This document shows positions 42,141 through 52,714 of a stretch of DNA of 64,000 bases, one piece after another; the first letter of the stretch is position 1, and each line of letters opens with the position of its first letter. The DNA is from Clostridia bacterium. GTDB taxonomy: Bacteria; Bacillota; Clostridia; JAAYHZ01. Position numbers and translations under genes: made by a program. The stretch is from positions 352,001 through 416,000 of the forward strand of contig JBMNIH010000002.1 in assembly GCA_050950825.1 (NCBI GenBank). The letters are read 5' to 3'. The notes under the pieces were generated by a model. It was not told where the DNA came from, ran no database searches, and saw only the letters and a program-made list of their open reading frames with translations.

Positions 42141-43121
42141 TCACACGTATTGAAAAATCCCTTCACGGATCTCTCGGTCAATAGCCATGAATTCTTCGCA
42201 CATAGCCCGAATCGCTTCGGGGGTATGGCCTACGCTTTGCGGAGAAGAGTAGTATCCCGCAATAAAGCCGCCTGTCGGGGTACCTAGCTTCGACACCATT
42301 TCTCTGCAGTAGGCTCGTATGGTACTTTCGTTTCCGAAGGCCATGACGGCTTGGATATCAACAGGGCAATAGAAGGTAATTCTTCCACGGAATCTTCGGG
42401 AAAGCAAATCCAACCCCATATTCATCTGTTGGTCCATTTGGATCACGTCCAACCCGGCTTCAATCAAGTCGTCCAAGATGTCCACGATATATCCGCAGCT
42501 GTGAAGGATCGTGACCAACCCCGCTTTGTGAGCCGCTTCGAAAATCCTTTGGTATCTCGGCTTCCACAGTTCTCGCCAATGCTTCGGAGAAATCATAAGG
42601 GAATCCTGCAGTCCCCAATCGTCACAAAACATCAATCCGTCGAATCCGTATTTTCCGTACATTTCAATAGCGTAAAGATTCATGTCCACGAGAATGTCCA
42701 TCAGCTCGCACAGCTTTTCCGGATTTTCATAAATGTCAATCCATGTATTTTCCAAGCTTCGGATAAAGTGCAGCCGTTCGTAGATGGAAAACCCGCTTCC
42801 GCAAAGAAACTTGTCGCCCGCTTTTTCCCGGACCTCTTCGATTCCCTTCCATCTTCTTTCTTCTCTCACATCGGGTATTTTCAGCTTGGGGAAATCCTCC
42901 CAGTCAAGCAAGGGAAATTGCTTCACTTCTCCCAAGGAAGTGGTTCCGATATTATCCCAAACCGCCCCCCATTCGTCGACCCCCTTTTTACAACGAGCAT
43001 CCGGACTGGGGTTCGGCCCCCAACCGTAGAAATCATACCGATATTCTTTCGGCAATGTCATTGCCAACCCTTTCGGGCTTTGAAAATGAACGGTTTTTAA
43101 AACCATTTCTCTTCCGTTCAT
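42141..43121 (-). CDS. Uroporphyrinogen-decarboxylase-family protein
   Basis: DEWG, DDWGLQ, LHSCG, CPVDIQ. Confidence 0.85.
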   Translation of the reverse strand: MNGREMVLKTVHFQSPKGLAMTLPKEYRYDFYGWGPNPSPDARCKKGVDEWGAVWDNIGTTSLGEVKQFPLLDWEDFPKLKIPDVREERRWKGIEEVREKAGDKFLCGSGFSIYERLHFIRSLENTWIDIYENPEKLCELMDILVDMNLYAIEMYGKYGFDGLMFCDDWGLQDSLMISPKHWRELWKPRYQRIFEAAHKAGLVTILHSCGYIVDILDDLIEAGLDVIQMDQQMNMGLDLLSRRFRGRITFYCPVDIQAVMAFGNESTIRAYCREMVSKLGTPTGGFIAGYYSSPQSVGHTPEAIRAMCEEFMAIDREIREGIFQYV

Positions 43122-43192
43122 ACCGTGTAAGGGTTCCAATGCAGAACCCTCTTCACCTCCTTCATCGTATACACTTGTTATGCTAACCCTTG

Positions 43193-43819
43193 TCAAATTT
43201 CAATCAAGACCGCTCGAACCGGCGAACCGTCCACGTCTTCGATCTTCAACGGCAATGCCGAAAGCAGATAACGGCCCGGTTTCGCTTCGAAAAGGTCCAA
43301 GCCTTCGATAACGGCAATGTCGTTTTTAAGAAGTATTCGATGGACATCTCCGTTGCCGCCGAAAGGCTCCACCGAAAGGTAGTCCACTCCTACGGTTTTG
43401 ATCCTTTTTTCCGCAAGCTCTAATGCCGCATCCGGTGCCAAACCGCAATAATTTTCGCGAAAGGCTTTTTCGTTTCTTATATAACTGTTCTCGGTCTTAA
43501 ACAGGACAATGTCCCCTTGTTCGATGTCCAAATCCTTGATGTCTTCTTTTTGAATGTGACCTTCTTTTCTGATCTCGAAAACCTTGCATATGCCGTAGAA
43601 CCGAGACAAGTCAAGCTCGGAGGCCTTTTTCCCCTCCTTGACATAATGCCAAGGAGCGTCAATATGGGTGCCGGTATGAAGCCCCGCACACAGGCTCGAT
43701 ACGTTGCAGTCATGTTCTTCGATGTTGCACAGCCTTTCGATAACCACCGGAGGGTCGCCGGGCCATACCGGCATATTCGGTTCAACGGTTCTTGTAATGT
43801 CGATAATTCTCATTGTCAT
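43193..43819 (-). CDS. Cyclase family (kynurenine formamidase-like) hydrolase
   Basis: WPGDP, HTGTHIDAP, VGVDYLS, DGSPVRAV. Confidence 0.9.
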   Translation of the reverse strand: MTMRIIDITRTVEPNMPVWPGDPPVVIERLCNIEEHDCNVSSLCAGLHTGTHIDAPWHYVKEGKKASELDLSRFYGICKVFEIRKEGHIQKEDIKDLDIEQGDIVLFKTENSYIRNEKAFRENYCGLAPDAALELAEKRIKTVGVDYLSVEPFGGNGDVHRILLKNDIAVIEGLDLFEAKPGRYLLSALPLKIEDVDGSPVRAVLIEI

Positions 43820-45855
43820 TTCCTGTAGACGTATTCTCCCCATTTGTCCTTCTTGAAAATCGTTTCCCCTTTATACGTTAAGTTTTCGCACTGCTCCGCA
43901 TAAGCATATTGTAATAGATCCTTATCAAAAATCAAAACGGCGCTCTTCCCGTCACAGAAAAGATCTCCGGCTTGCGCGATTTGGGGCAGCCGTCCTCTTT
44001 CCCAGCCCTTAATGCGGGATGTGACGAAAACGACTTTCTTGTCCTTGTAAACGATTTCAACGGCTTTGCTTGTTTCGTAATTCTTAAGGACAATATCCAC
44101 GTCCGGTTTTTCATTGTCATAAGGCATAATCCACTGTCCCAATTCAAAACGGGAAACCGGATCTTCCGTTTCGAAGCACAGCATGGGAGCAGGCTCTCCG
44201 CCTCTTAAGCCGACGCCTTTGTAGGACACCCAACCGGCAAAGGGCTCCTTGCTGCCCGTATATACCTTTTGATTGACCTTGGTATTGGCAAAGTAGGCTT
44301 TAATCAGCACATTGGCATCGTCGAAGCAGGTATGGGCTTCTTGTTCTTCGGGAAGATTTTTCATTTCACCCGGAATGCTCTGCCATCTGGAGGAGAATCG
44401 GCTTTCTTTACCGAAGCAGGTGAAGGAATCGTGGACGACGGCACCTAGGCCTTTGATCCACAGGAAGGTTCTTTTATGGGAGCCTGCAAGGCTTTTCCCA
44501 TCTCCTTCGTAGCCGCCCGTATAGTCGCTGTGGATATAACTGATGGCATCGTCTTCGTAGTATTTTTCTATCGTGGCATCGTTGATGGTTTGGGTCATTC
44601 CTTCCGGAGATACGGTATTATGGGATTGGGTAGACCTTCCGTAGTGGCAGAAAGGATCGGATCGTTCGTAATTCAACGTTCCCGGATCGATCAAGAGCAT
44701 CTTGCCGTTGTAATACATGTTCACCGCATTGCGAGCTCTGTGGCAATGGCCTCCGCCCCAAACGGTGGCATCAAAGACAAACATGGTTGAAGATCGGTCC
44801 CAGCTTTCTTTCATAAAGAATTGACCGGCCTTGTCGAAATACTTCGAAGGCTTATCTTCGGTTTTGAACTCGTCCATATCGGACAAATCAAAATCCTTTA
44901 GGAATTTGCTTCTTTGTTGGATAAATTCGTCGTAAGACCGCTTCACGGACTCCTCATCCGCAAGCTCGTACCATCTTCCGCTGTCGTTTAAGCCGGTGCG
45001 CTTCCCGTCCGGAGCGTACATATATAAAGAATAGTTCCACATTTTGCCGAGCATATACGGATCGATGTCGAAGCCTAAATCCGGACGGGCTTTTTGTACA
45101 TAACAGTAGCGGGTAAATACGTTTTTCATCCAATCGTGGTACCCTGCGGTATGCTCTTCATGACTTCCGTCGTCATGCACCTGGGTGAAAAAGGTTTCGT
45201 TTATGTTATGTACGGCAAAATCCAAGTAGTCTTTGAAGCCGGGCAAGCAAAAGCCGATGAAAAACATGGTATCCAGCTGGCTGATCCGCCAGTTGCCGAT
45301 GGGGGTTATGTTTCTTTTCATAAATTCCATTTGCTGCGCCGTACTGTCCAACATTCTGTTGATGAAAGCGTCGTCGAAGTATCCGCTGTCATTCAAATAG
45401 GGCACGGCTCCCCACCAGCCTCTTCTGTTAAACTGTCCTAAGCGAATGGAGGTGGAAAGGGTATTGTCTCCCGTTGTCATCCATACGCTTGCGTTGGTTT
45501 CCGTTCCGGTAAAGGTACGAAAATCCAACCAGGCCTCAATGGATTCCCTTGCAATTTCCGCCAACCGCTTGTCTTTTGTCCGTTCGTATTCCCAAGCAAT
45601 AGGCTCCAGCCAGAAAAAGCGATTCAGCTGTGCCCGCCACTCTTGGTTGTTAATTTCCGGCCCTCTGAAGTCAATGTCCTTGAAGCTTTTGTATTGCACC
45701 TCGGTAGCACCCCCGCTAAAGGGAATCTTGTTTTGGGCAAGAAGCTCCATCCACCGTTTGGTATTTTGCACCTTCTCTTGGGTGTATTCGCTAAAGTCCC
45801 CGTAATACCTTTCATACTCCAACATTTTCTCCTTAACAGAAGACAAAATGTCCAT
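43816..45855 (-). CDS. Heparinase II/III family protein, cytoplasmic
   Basis: QLNRF, GNW, DGSHEE..YH, GHCH, LIDPG..Y, HNTV; no signal peptide. Confidence 0.8.
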   Translation of the reverse strand: MDILSSVKEKMLEYERYYGDFSEYTQEKVQNTKRWMELLAQNKIPFSGGATEVQYKSFKDIDFRGPEINNQEWRAQLNRFFWLEPIAWEYERTKDKRLAEIARESIEAWLDFRTFTGTETNASVWMTTGDNTLSTSIRLGQFNRRGWWGAVPYLNDSGYFDDAFINRMLDSTAQQMEFMKRNITPIGNWRISQLDTMFFIGFCLPGFKDYLDFAVHNINETFFTQVHDDGSHEEHTAGYHDWMKNVFTRYCYVQKARPDLGFDIDPYMLGKMWNYSLYMYAPDGKRTGLNDSGRWYELADEESVKRSYDEFIQQRSKFLKDFDLSDMDEFKTEDKPSKYFDKAGQFFMKESWDRSSTMFVFDATVWGGGHCHRARNAVNMYYNGKMLLIDPGTLNYERSDPFCHYGRSTQSHNTVSPEGMTQTINDATIEKYYEDDAISYIHSDYTGGYEGDGKSLAGSHKRTFLWIKGLGAVVHDSFTCFGKESRFSSRWQSIPGEMKNLPEEQEAHTCFDDANVLIKAYFANTKVNQKVYTGSKEPFAGWVSYKGVGLRGGEPAPMLCFETEDPVSRFELGQWIMPYDNEKPDVDIVLKNYETSKAVEIVYKDKKVVFVTSRIKGWERGRLPQIAQAGDLFCDGKSAVLIFDKDLLQYAYAEQCENLTYKGETIFKKDKWGEYVYRK

Positions 45856-45897
45856 GAAAAAACCCTCCTTAATATATACTATATTCCGATAAACCCG

Positions 45898-47232
45898 TTA
45901 GTCTTCCAATATATCTTTTTTCGGGTACAAAACCTTACGGCTTAAGTCCTTCATGCATCGGATAAATTCCTCTTTGCTTGAAAAATACGGCACATGCTCC
46001 TTTTTTATCTTGCAAGCGCAAGCACCGTTATCCGACAACAAGCCGTAGGCGGTTAAAGCCAAAAAGTGCGTTCCCGTTCCGTACGCCGTATCTTTGTCGT
46101 CAATCTTGAATGCTCCGCTGTGAAGCCCGCCTTTTGCACCGCCCACGTAAGGGTGTATCACCGGCATGATCATGGAAAGGTCCCCCATGTCCGTGGAAAT
46201 TCCCATGTGGCCGATCCGAACCGCTTTGTCGCCTGCTAAGATCTTGGCACATTCGAATGCAAAGCTCGTAAAATTCGGATCCGATGAAAGAGGAAAGTAT
46301 CCGGGTACGTCTTCGATTTCCACCCGGCAACCTAAGGCCGCCGCCGTTCCCGCCAAAGCACGGTCCACTTTCTTGTTGACTTCCAATATGGCATCCAAGG
46401 TTTTTCCTCGGACGTAGGTTCCGATATTGACCTCCGAAGGTATGACGTTTACGGTATCTCCGCCTTTGGTAATTATGGGATGAACCCGAATGCTGTCTTC
46501 TTCTTTAAAGGTTTCGCGAAGAGCGTTAATGGCGTTAAGCCCCAGGTTCGCCGCATATAAGGCGTTGATTCCTTCATGAGGTGCGCCTCCCGCATGGGCC
46601 GCTTTCCCTTTATAGGAGATTTGCTTGATCAAGCAGCCGTTGCAGGTAGACCCAAAGCTGAGCTTTGCATCGGATTCCAAAACGTGGACCATCATAGCCA
46701 TATCCACGTCATCAAAAAAGCCACGATAAACCAGCTCCGTCTTTCCTCCGGTAAAGGTCAGCTTCCCTTTTCTTACCAAATCCATACGGAAATCCTGTTG
46801 GATATGCTCCTCCGCGGGTACCGCCATAAACTTGATCTTCCCGCACATGTCTTTTAAAAGCCCGCTGTCCTTTAAAAGGGCGGCACAACCGATCATATCC
46901 GCTACTTGGACATGATGGCCACAGGCGTGAACATATCCGTTTTCGGTACAGTCCGGATGCTCAAAGCATACGATGCAGTCCATCTCCCCCATCACGGCAA
47001 TCACGGGACCGGGTTTTCCGGTGTCCATATAGGCGGTGACAACAGGAATGTCCGGGTCGTGATTCACGATAAGACCCAAGCTCTCCAACTTTTTCGCCGC
47101 AAGAGCCGCCGTATTATGCTCTTGAAATCCCGGCTCCGGATTACGGTAGATATCTTCCCCGATTTTTATAATCTCCGGCAGTCTTTTTTCCAAGCATTCC
47201 TTTAAAATTTTTGCACTTTGTTCGAAATTCAT
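45898..47232 (-). CDS. M20 family amidohydrolase
   Basis: NPEPGFQE, HACGHH, PAEE, GKAAHA, STDMGD. Confidence 0.9.
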   Translation of the reverse strand: MNFEQSAKILKECLEKRLPEIIKIGEDIYRNPEPGFQEHNTAALAAKKLESLGLIVNHDPDIPVVTAYMDTGKPGPVIAVMGEMDCIVCFEHPDCTENGYVHACGHHVQVADMIGCAALLKDSGLLKDMCGKIKFMAVPAEEHIQQDFRMDLVRKGKLTFTGGKTELVYRGFFDDVDMAMMVHVLESDAKLSFGSTCNGCLIKQISYKGKAAHAGGAPHEGINALYAANLGLNAINALRETFKEEDSIRVHPIITKGGDTVNVIPSEVNIGTYVRGKTLDAILEVNKKVDRALAGTAAALGCRVEIEDVPGYFPLSSDPNFTSFAFECAKILAGDKAVRIGHMGISTDMGDLSMIMPVIHPYVGGAKGGLHSGAFKIDDKDTAYGTGTHFLALTAYGLLSDNGACACKIKKEHVPYFSSKEEFIRCMKDLSRKVLYPKKDILED

Positions 47233-47247
47233 AATATCCTCTCACCC

Positions 47248-48774
47248 TTACAAAAGCCCGCTTAATTTTTTGTAATCCTCTTTCAAAGACCGGTACAACG
47301 ACCGGAACAAGTCGTAATACCCTTCGTAAATCCTTTGGGTCGATAGATCGGGCTTTTGAACCTCTTTGATTTTTATAACCGCATCGCAGGCTTCTTCTAC
47401 GCTCTTGTATATGCCTACGCCTACGCCCGCCAAGAGGGCGACGCCTAAAGCCGGCCCCTCCGTAGCGTTGACGGTTTTCACATCCGACTTATACACGTTG
47501 GCTTGGATGCTCTTCCATATCTTGCTTCGTCCTCCGCCGCCGGATGCCCGAATTTCTTGAACCGGGACTCCGGTCTCCTTAATGATATTCAAGCAGTCGT
47601 TCATGGCGAAAGCCACTCCCTCCATAACGGAACGGATGAAATCGGCTTTCGTATGCGAAGGAGTCAGACCGAAGAAAACCCCTTTTGCATCGTCGTCCAA
47701 ATGAGGCGTCCTTTCTCCCATCAAATAGGGCAAATAGATTAAGCTTTTTGCGCCCGGAGGTGACTTTTCGCATTCTTTGTCCATCAATACATAAGGGTCT
47801 ACGTCCATTAAAGCCGCTACGGCCTTTTCTTCGTTGCAGAATTGATCACGGAACCACTTTAAGGAAAGTCCCGCGGATTTCATAACGCCCATGATGTGCC
47901 ATGCGCCCGGTACGGCGTGGCAAAAGGTCTGGGTACGGCCTTGGGGATCCATTTTTAAAGAATCGGAATATGCGAACACCACGCCGGAGGTTCCGATGGT
48001 AGCGGATACCACGCCGGCTTTCACGATTCCGTTTCCTACGCCGCCGGCCGCCTGGTCTCCTGCGCCGCCTACCACAGGGGTACCTTCTTTTAATCCGGTA
48101 AGTGCGGCCGCTTCCTTGGAAACCCGGCCGGTTACCAAATAGGATTCATAAACATCCGCCAAAAGGCCGGGGTCCACATCCAACAAGTCAAGTATTTCGC
48201 GGCTCCAGCAGCGCTTCGGTACGTCCAAAAATTGCATGCCGCTGGCGTCAGAAACTTCCGTAGCAAATTCTCCCGTCAGCTTGTAGCGGATATAGTCTTT
48301 GGGAAGAAGGATTTTTTTCGTTTTTTCATAATTCCAAGGTTCGTTGTTTCGAACCCATAACAGCTTGGATGCGGTAAAACCGGTTAAAGCCGGATTGCAG
48401 GTAATATCCATCAATTTGGCGAAGGTCACTTTCTCCGTAATCTCTTGGCATTCTTTGACGCTTCGGCTGTCGCACCAGATGATGGAATCCCGAATTACGC
48501 GTCCGTCCTTGTCCAACATCACAAGGCCGTGCATTTGTCCGGACAAGCCGATCCCGGAAATTTCTTCTTTCGTGATTCCCGCCTTGTTCAAAACATCCGG
48601 AACCGTTGTACAAACAGCCTTCCACCAGTCTTCCGGAGATTGCTCCGCCCAGCCGGGTTTTAGCTGCTTCATCCCGTATTCAAATACCGATTGGGAAAGG
48701 GCCTCCCCTTTTTCATTGAACAGAACGGTTTTCGTCCCGGACGTGCCGATATCGATTCCTATCAGATAAGCCAT
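47248..48774 (-). CDS. xylB: Xylulokinase
   Basis: GIDIGTSGTK, SGQMHG, GAGDQ, GERTP. Confidence 0.92.
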   Translation of the reverse strand: MAYLIGIDIGTSGTKTVLFNEKGEALSQSVFEYGMKQLKPGWAEQSPEDWWKAVCTTVPDVLNKAGITKEEISGIGLSGQMHGLVMLDKDGRVIRDSIIWCDSRSVKECQEITEKVTFAKLMDITCNPALTGFTASKLLWVRNNEPWNYEKTKKILLPKDYIRYKLTGEFATEVSDASGMQFLDVPKRCWSREILDLLDVDPGLLADVYESYLVTGRVSKEAAALTGLKEGTPVVGGAGDQAAGGVGNGIVKAGVVSATIGTSGVVFAYSDSLKMDPQGRTQTFCHAVPGAWHIMGVMKSAGLSLKWFRDQFCNEEKAVAALMDVDPYVLMDKECEKSPPGAKSLIYLPYLMGERTPHLDDDAKGVFFGLTPSHTKADFIRSVMEGVAFAMNDCLNIIKETGVPVQEIRASGGGGRSKIWKSIQANVYKSDVKTVNATEGPALGVALLAGVGVGIYKSVEEACDAVIKIKEVQKPDLSTQRIYEGYYDLFRSLYRSLKEDYKKLSGLL

Positions 48775-48817
48775 TCGTTATTCCTCCCGTTTCGTATTTT
48801 ACATTGCTTTACACTTC

Positions 48818-50155
48818 TTATCTTCCGAAGCACAAGCGTTTTTCTTGCCGAATATGCCGTGCTACCTCCCCGATCAAAGGAGCCGCCCATTGCTGTCCGG
48901 AAAACACTTGGTTCATAAGCTCTCCTTCGATGAAGCACAGTCGGTCTTGAAGAGGATAAAATTCGCTCATTAAGAACATGGCGTACCGCACCAAGCGGGT
49001 AGGACCGAAAGCCATATACCGCATGGAGCCGTCGGCTCTTTTGTATTGACGGCACCCTACCGAAAGATGGTTCTTTATGGCGGCGGTAACGGAAGATATA
49101 TTTGCATCTTCCGCAAACACAATCGTGTATCCGTCTCCTAAACCGGATTTGTCGTGGGCGTCGGTTGCTCCTACCACCGGCATCCGAAATCCTTTTTCAC
49201 ATTCTTCGGTGTAAAGAACGTTTTGCATAAAGTCCTTGTCTCCGTCGTCCACACCGGTGATTTCCCAAGCATCGGAGTAGCCTTCTTCAATGATCAAACG
49301 AGACAAGGATGCGGGTATATATGTTGCGTTTCCTTCATGCGGCCAATACGGGTGGGCCAGTACGGATAATCCGCCGAGTTTTTTGATTTGCTCGAACACC
49401 CACCGCTGCATACCGAATTCCAAAGGATCCACGTCTTCCGGCAAGTCCGTATGCTTTTCGGCAATTTTTAAAGCCTCCTCCTTTATATTATCATAATCGT
49501 CCATCAGCATGCGACTGATACACTTGGAGGCTCCGATACTTACAATATGCATTTTATGGCCTAATTTGTGGACTTCTTCGCCGGGATATATGATCAATCC
49601 GCTGTCGATAGCGGACATTTTTTCTAAAATCGTCGGATGGGGCTGTAAAGAATAATGGTCGGTTAGTGTGGCAAATTCCATTCCCGCTCTTCTCGCATAA
49701 GAATACATGATTTCCGGAGGTTGCTTCCCGTCGGACCAGTTGCTGTGCATATGGAGTTCGCCTTTCCAAGGCAATAACCGATATAAATCTTCTTTTACGG
49801 AATAGAGTTTAAAAAAGGTGAGTCGTGTGTTAACACCTTCTACGACTTCATCGATAAAGACCATATACTCCTGCTCGCCGTAGAAGGTATATTCAAAAAC
49901 AAGAGAACCGTTTTCAACGGTATAGCCGATTTCTTTTTGCGCTTTCGTTTCGGGATAATGAATTTCACGAGGCGTGACTTTAACGGAATATTGCTTCTTT
50001 GTAGTGAAAGGACCGCCCGATCTTTGCTTTCCCCAATAATCGATACCGGATTCGGTTCCGTCACATGACATTTTGGAGACAACGGTTACGGTCGTTCTTT
50101 GCCCTTCCAATACCACTAACGGGTATATTGCGAAAGAATCCATATTCTTTTTCAT
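48818..50155 (-). CDS. PHP-domain protein with N-terminal extension
   Basis: LHMHSNWSDG, TDH, AHPYW, ATDAH. Confidence 0.8.
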   Translation of the reverse strand: MKKNMDSFAIYPLVVLEGQRTTVTVVSKMSCDGTESGIDYWGKQRSGGPFTTKKQYSVKVTPREIHYPETKAQKEIGYTVENGSLVFEYTFYGEQEYMVFIDEVVEGVNTRLTFFKLYSVKEDLYRLLPWKGELHMHSNWSDGKQPPEIMYSYARRAGMEFATLTDHYSLQPHPTILEKMSAIDSGLIIYPGEEVHKLGHKMHIVSIGASKCISRMLMDDYDNIKEEALKIAEKHTDLPEDVDPLEFGMQRWVFEQIKKLGGLSVLAHPYWPHEGNATYIPASLSRLIIEEGYSDAWEITGVDDGDKDFMQNVLYTEECEKGFRMPVVGATDAHDKSGLGDGYTIVFAEDANISSVTAAIKNHLSVGCRQYKRADGSMRYMAFGPTRLVRYAMFLMSEFYPLQDRLCFIEGELMNQVFSGQQWAAPLIGEVARHIRQEKRLCFGR

Positions 50156-50251
50156 GAAAAACGCTCCTTTTTTCAGGCTTTAGGTGCATTTTCCATGCAC
50201 CTAAAGCCTCCTTGTTTTTATTTCATTATACCTTTTTTCAAGGGGAGTTTG

Positions 50252-51871
50252 TCAGCGTTTTTTGAAAAGTCGGGCAATTTCTTCTTCGGATAATGCGGCA
50301 TCAAACAGCTCCACTTCACGGATCGATCCCGAGAATCTCGCTTGAGGTCCGTTCCCTATAACCAAAGAAGCTTGGGAAAGATCGCTGATTTTCGAAGGAT
50401 CAATCGGTTCCTTGGAAACAAGCTTTCCGTCCAGATACAAGGAAAGAGCTTGACGGTCGTAAACAATGGCCGTTTTGTGCCATCCGTCTTCCAAGGAGTA
50501 ATCATAGGTAGCGATCGGGCCGTTGTTCAGGCTCCATACTTTTCCTCCGGGCAATGTTCCTGCATAAAGCTCGCCGTTGTGTACGGCCATGCTCCATACT
50601 CGACGGTAACGGATATTCGGATCCGGCTGTTCCAATACACCGGATAAGATCCATTCCGTTTCCCCGCCGTACCGGTAAACATGTCCTCCCGGCAGCGTTC
50701 CGCCATATAGCTTACCGTTATACAAGGAGATACCCATGACTTCCATTTCCGAGCCCATCAAACCGTAATCGCTCCATACGCGGTTTCCTTCGTAACGAAC
50801 GACGCGGGCTTCTCTCCATATGCCCATCAAAAGGCTGTTGTGATGTACCGTAAAGACGTATACTTGGTCGCATTTGTCAACCGTACCCTCGTAAACCCAA
50901 TCTTCGTCCAACGTTCGGCTGTAGACGCCTTCCATCCAGTTGCAGCCTATATACAGACGTCCTCGGTAGATACCTAAGTTCATGCCGCGAATGTTCTTTT
51001 CCGGTCCCGGAGCGCCTAAATCCTGCATCGTACCGTCTTCATCGAAGGCAACCACACCGGGTGTGTAGAAGGACATGGCAACAAGCTTTCCTTGATAGGG
51101 TACAAGTGCGGCACAGCTGTCGGAGCCCGGTATTTCTCCAAAGAAGGACCAAGTCTTTCCGCCTTCGTAACGATAGATTTTTCCTCCCGGTACGCTCATG
51201 TTAGGAGATTCCGGCAAAGACGATCCTTTGGCGTTATACTTCATGGTGCCTGCATATAGTTTTCCTTTATACTCCGTCAGCGTCCATACCGAGTTGCTGT
51301 CGTCGGGATTGCCGCAGTCGATCCATTCGTTGTTTTCATCCAATCGGTAAACGTGACCTTTATTGTCCTTGGCATCGTCGAACACGCCGGCATACAAAGA
51401 GCCTTGGTATGTGCACAAAGCACAGATCATACGGCTGTTACCCGGTGCTCCTCGATCTTGCCACTTCGGTATCAAGTCCTCGGTTATGGGCAAGCTCCAG
51501 CCGAATTGCAGGTGCCGCCAATTGGAAATGCAGGAAGGCCCCCCCGTCTGCGTCATCGGGGTCAAATGCCAGCCTTCCATTCGATCCGGAACATAGCGGC
51601 TTGCCAAAACGCCCGGAAGCGTTCCGTTTTTGTCGTCAATCTTAAACTCCATGGAAAGTGTAAACGGCCGAGTACCGGTTGTAATTTCCGCATCCGGCAA
51701 CAGGACTTGCGAATTCTCGCCGTCAAATACGGCTGCTCCGTCTTGAAAAAGGACCGATTCTCCCTTCCCGTGCCGCTCGTTGGAGGATGCGTCTTTGAAA
51801 TCTTCACGAAGCGGCCAATAGCCTACTCGTCTTGTATCCATTGCGACCGTATCCTTTCTTTCTTTATCCAT
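50252..51871 (-). CDS. LamG/ConA-like domain protein with inserted beta-propeller
   Basis: LamG halves (VGYWPL..FDG; WHKTAIVYD..LYLDG..FDAALSEEEI) flank YxGxLYAGT blade repeats. Confidence 0.75.
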   Translation of the reverse strand: MDKERKDTVAMDTRRVGYWPLREDFKDASSNERHGKGESVLFQDGAAVFDGENSQVLLPDAEITTGTRPFTLSMEFKIDDKNGTLPGVLASRYVPDRMEGWHLTPMTQTGGPSCISNWRHLQFGWSLPITEDLIPKWQDRGAPGNSRMICALCTYQGSLYAGVFDDAKDNKGHVYRLDENNEWIDCGNPDDSNSVWTLTEYKGKLYAGTMKYNAKGSSLPESPNMSVPGGKIYRYEGGKTWSFFGEIPGSDSCAALVPYQGKLVAMSFYTPGVVAFDEDGTMQDLGAPGPEKNIRGMNLGIYRGRLYIGCNWMEGVYSRTLDEDWVYEGTVDKCDQVYVFTVHHNSLLMGIWREARVVRYEGNRVWSDYGLMGSEMEVMGISLYNGKLYGGTLPGGHVYRYGGETEWILSGVLEQPDPNIRYRRVWSMAVHNGELYAGTLPGGKVWSLNNGPIATYDYSLEDGWHKTAIVYDRQALSLYLDGKLVSKEPIDPSKISDLSQASLVIGNGPQARFSGSIREVELFDAALSEEEIARLFKKR

Positions 51872-52193
51872 CTTGAAGCTCTCCTTTTGAATTTGTATTC
51901 GGATGTTTTCCGATCAAAGGGTCATACATCCGGTTTCTTCTATTAAACCACGCAAAATTGCCGACAGCTATTCCTCTTTTGGACATATTTTGCTTTTCTC
52001 CGGCCTGTTTTTACACTCCCGTTCTTCTTTTGTGAAAACAGGACCCATGAAAGCTTTACTTTCTCGTCTTTTTATTCGACCTGCATTTTACGGATATTAT
52101 ATCACAGGGCTTTTACGACGTGTATGAAAAAATTGCACTGCAAGGAAAGGGAAAGAATTGCCTTTCTTTCTTTTATCCTTTAATATATAACCT

Positions 52194-52466
52194 ATGGAAA
52201 AAACGATCATTCTTTTGTATTACGTTGTTATGAATACTTTCTCTTTCGGCTTATGCGCAACGGACAAGACAAAAGCCGTAAAGGGAAGCTTTCGAATTCC
52301 CGAAAAGGTTTTGCTGTTGACGGGACTTTTAGGAGGAGCTTTGGGTCTGTACCTTGCCATGCTCACTACACGACACAAAACAAAGAAAGCGAAATTTCGC
52401 ATCCTCGTTCCCCTTTTGATTCTCCTTCATGCGTATCTTCTTTTGAAGATTTTTTCTTTGTTGTGA
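52194..52466 (+). CDS. DUF1294 membrane protein
   Basis: DK.KA....RIPE, GGALG, RHKT.K..F. Confidence 0.9.
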   Translation: MEKTIILLYYVVMNTFSFGLCATDKTKAVKGSFRIPEKVLLLTGLLGGALGLYLAMLTTRHKTKKAKFRILVPLLILLHAYLLLKIFSLL

Positions 52467-52528
52467 AATAAAAAAACACCTGAAGGGAATATTTCAGGCG
52501 TTCATACGATGTTTCATCGATCGGATTT

Positions 52529-52714
52529 TTAAAATCCCGATTTGTTGGTAGGATTGTTTAAAATGCCGAAACCGGTCAATACGGCCAACAGCAGCGTGAC
52601 AAAAAGATCCCATTTAGGGATTTCAAAGCCGACCCACTCTTTCAAAACGAAATAGATCAAAGCCAACATGGAAGCCCAAACCACCTTGCTTCTCCACCTG
52701 CTCTGTTGTTCCAT
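52529..52714 (-). CDS. Phage-holin-like protein
   Basis: 61 aa, QSRWRSKVVW, 2 TM, GILNNPT; GGAGG SD. Confidence 0.8.
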   Translation of the reverse strand: MEQQSRWRSKVVWASMLALIYFVLKEWVGFEIPKWDLFVTLLLAVLTGFGILNNPTNKSGF

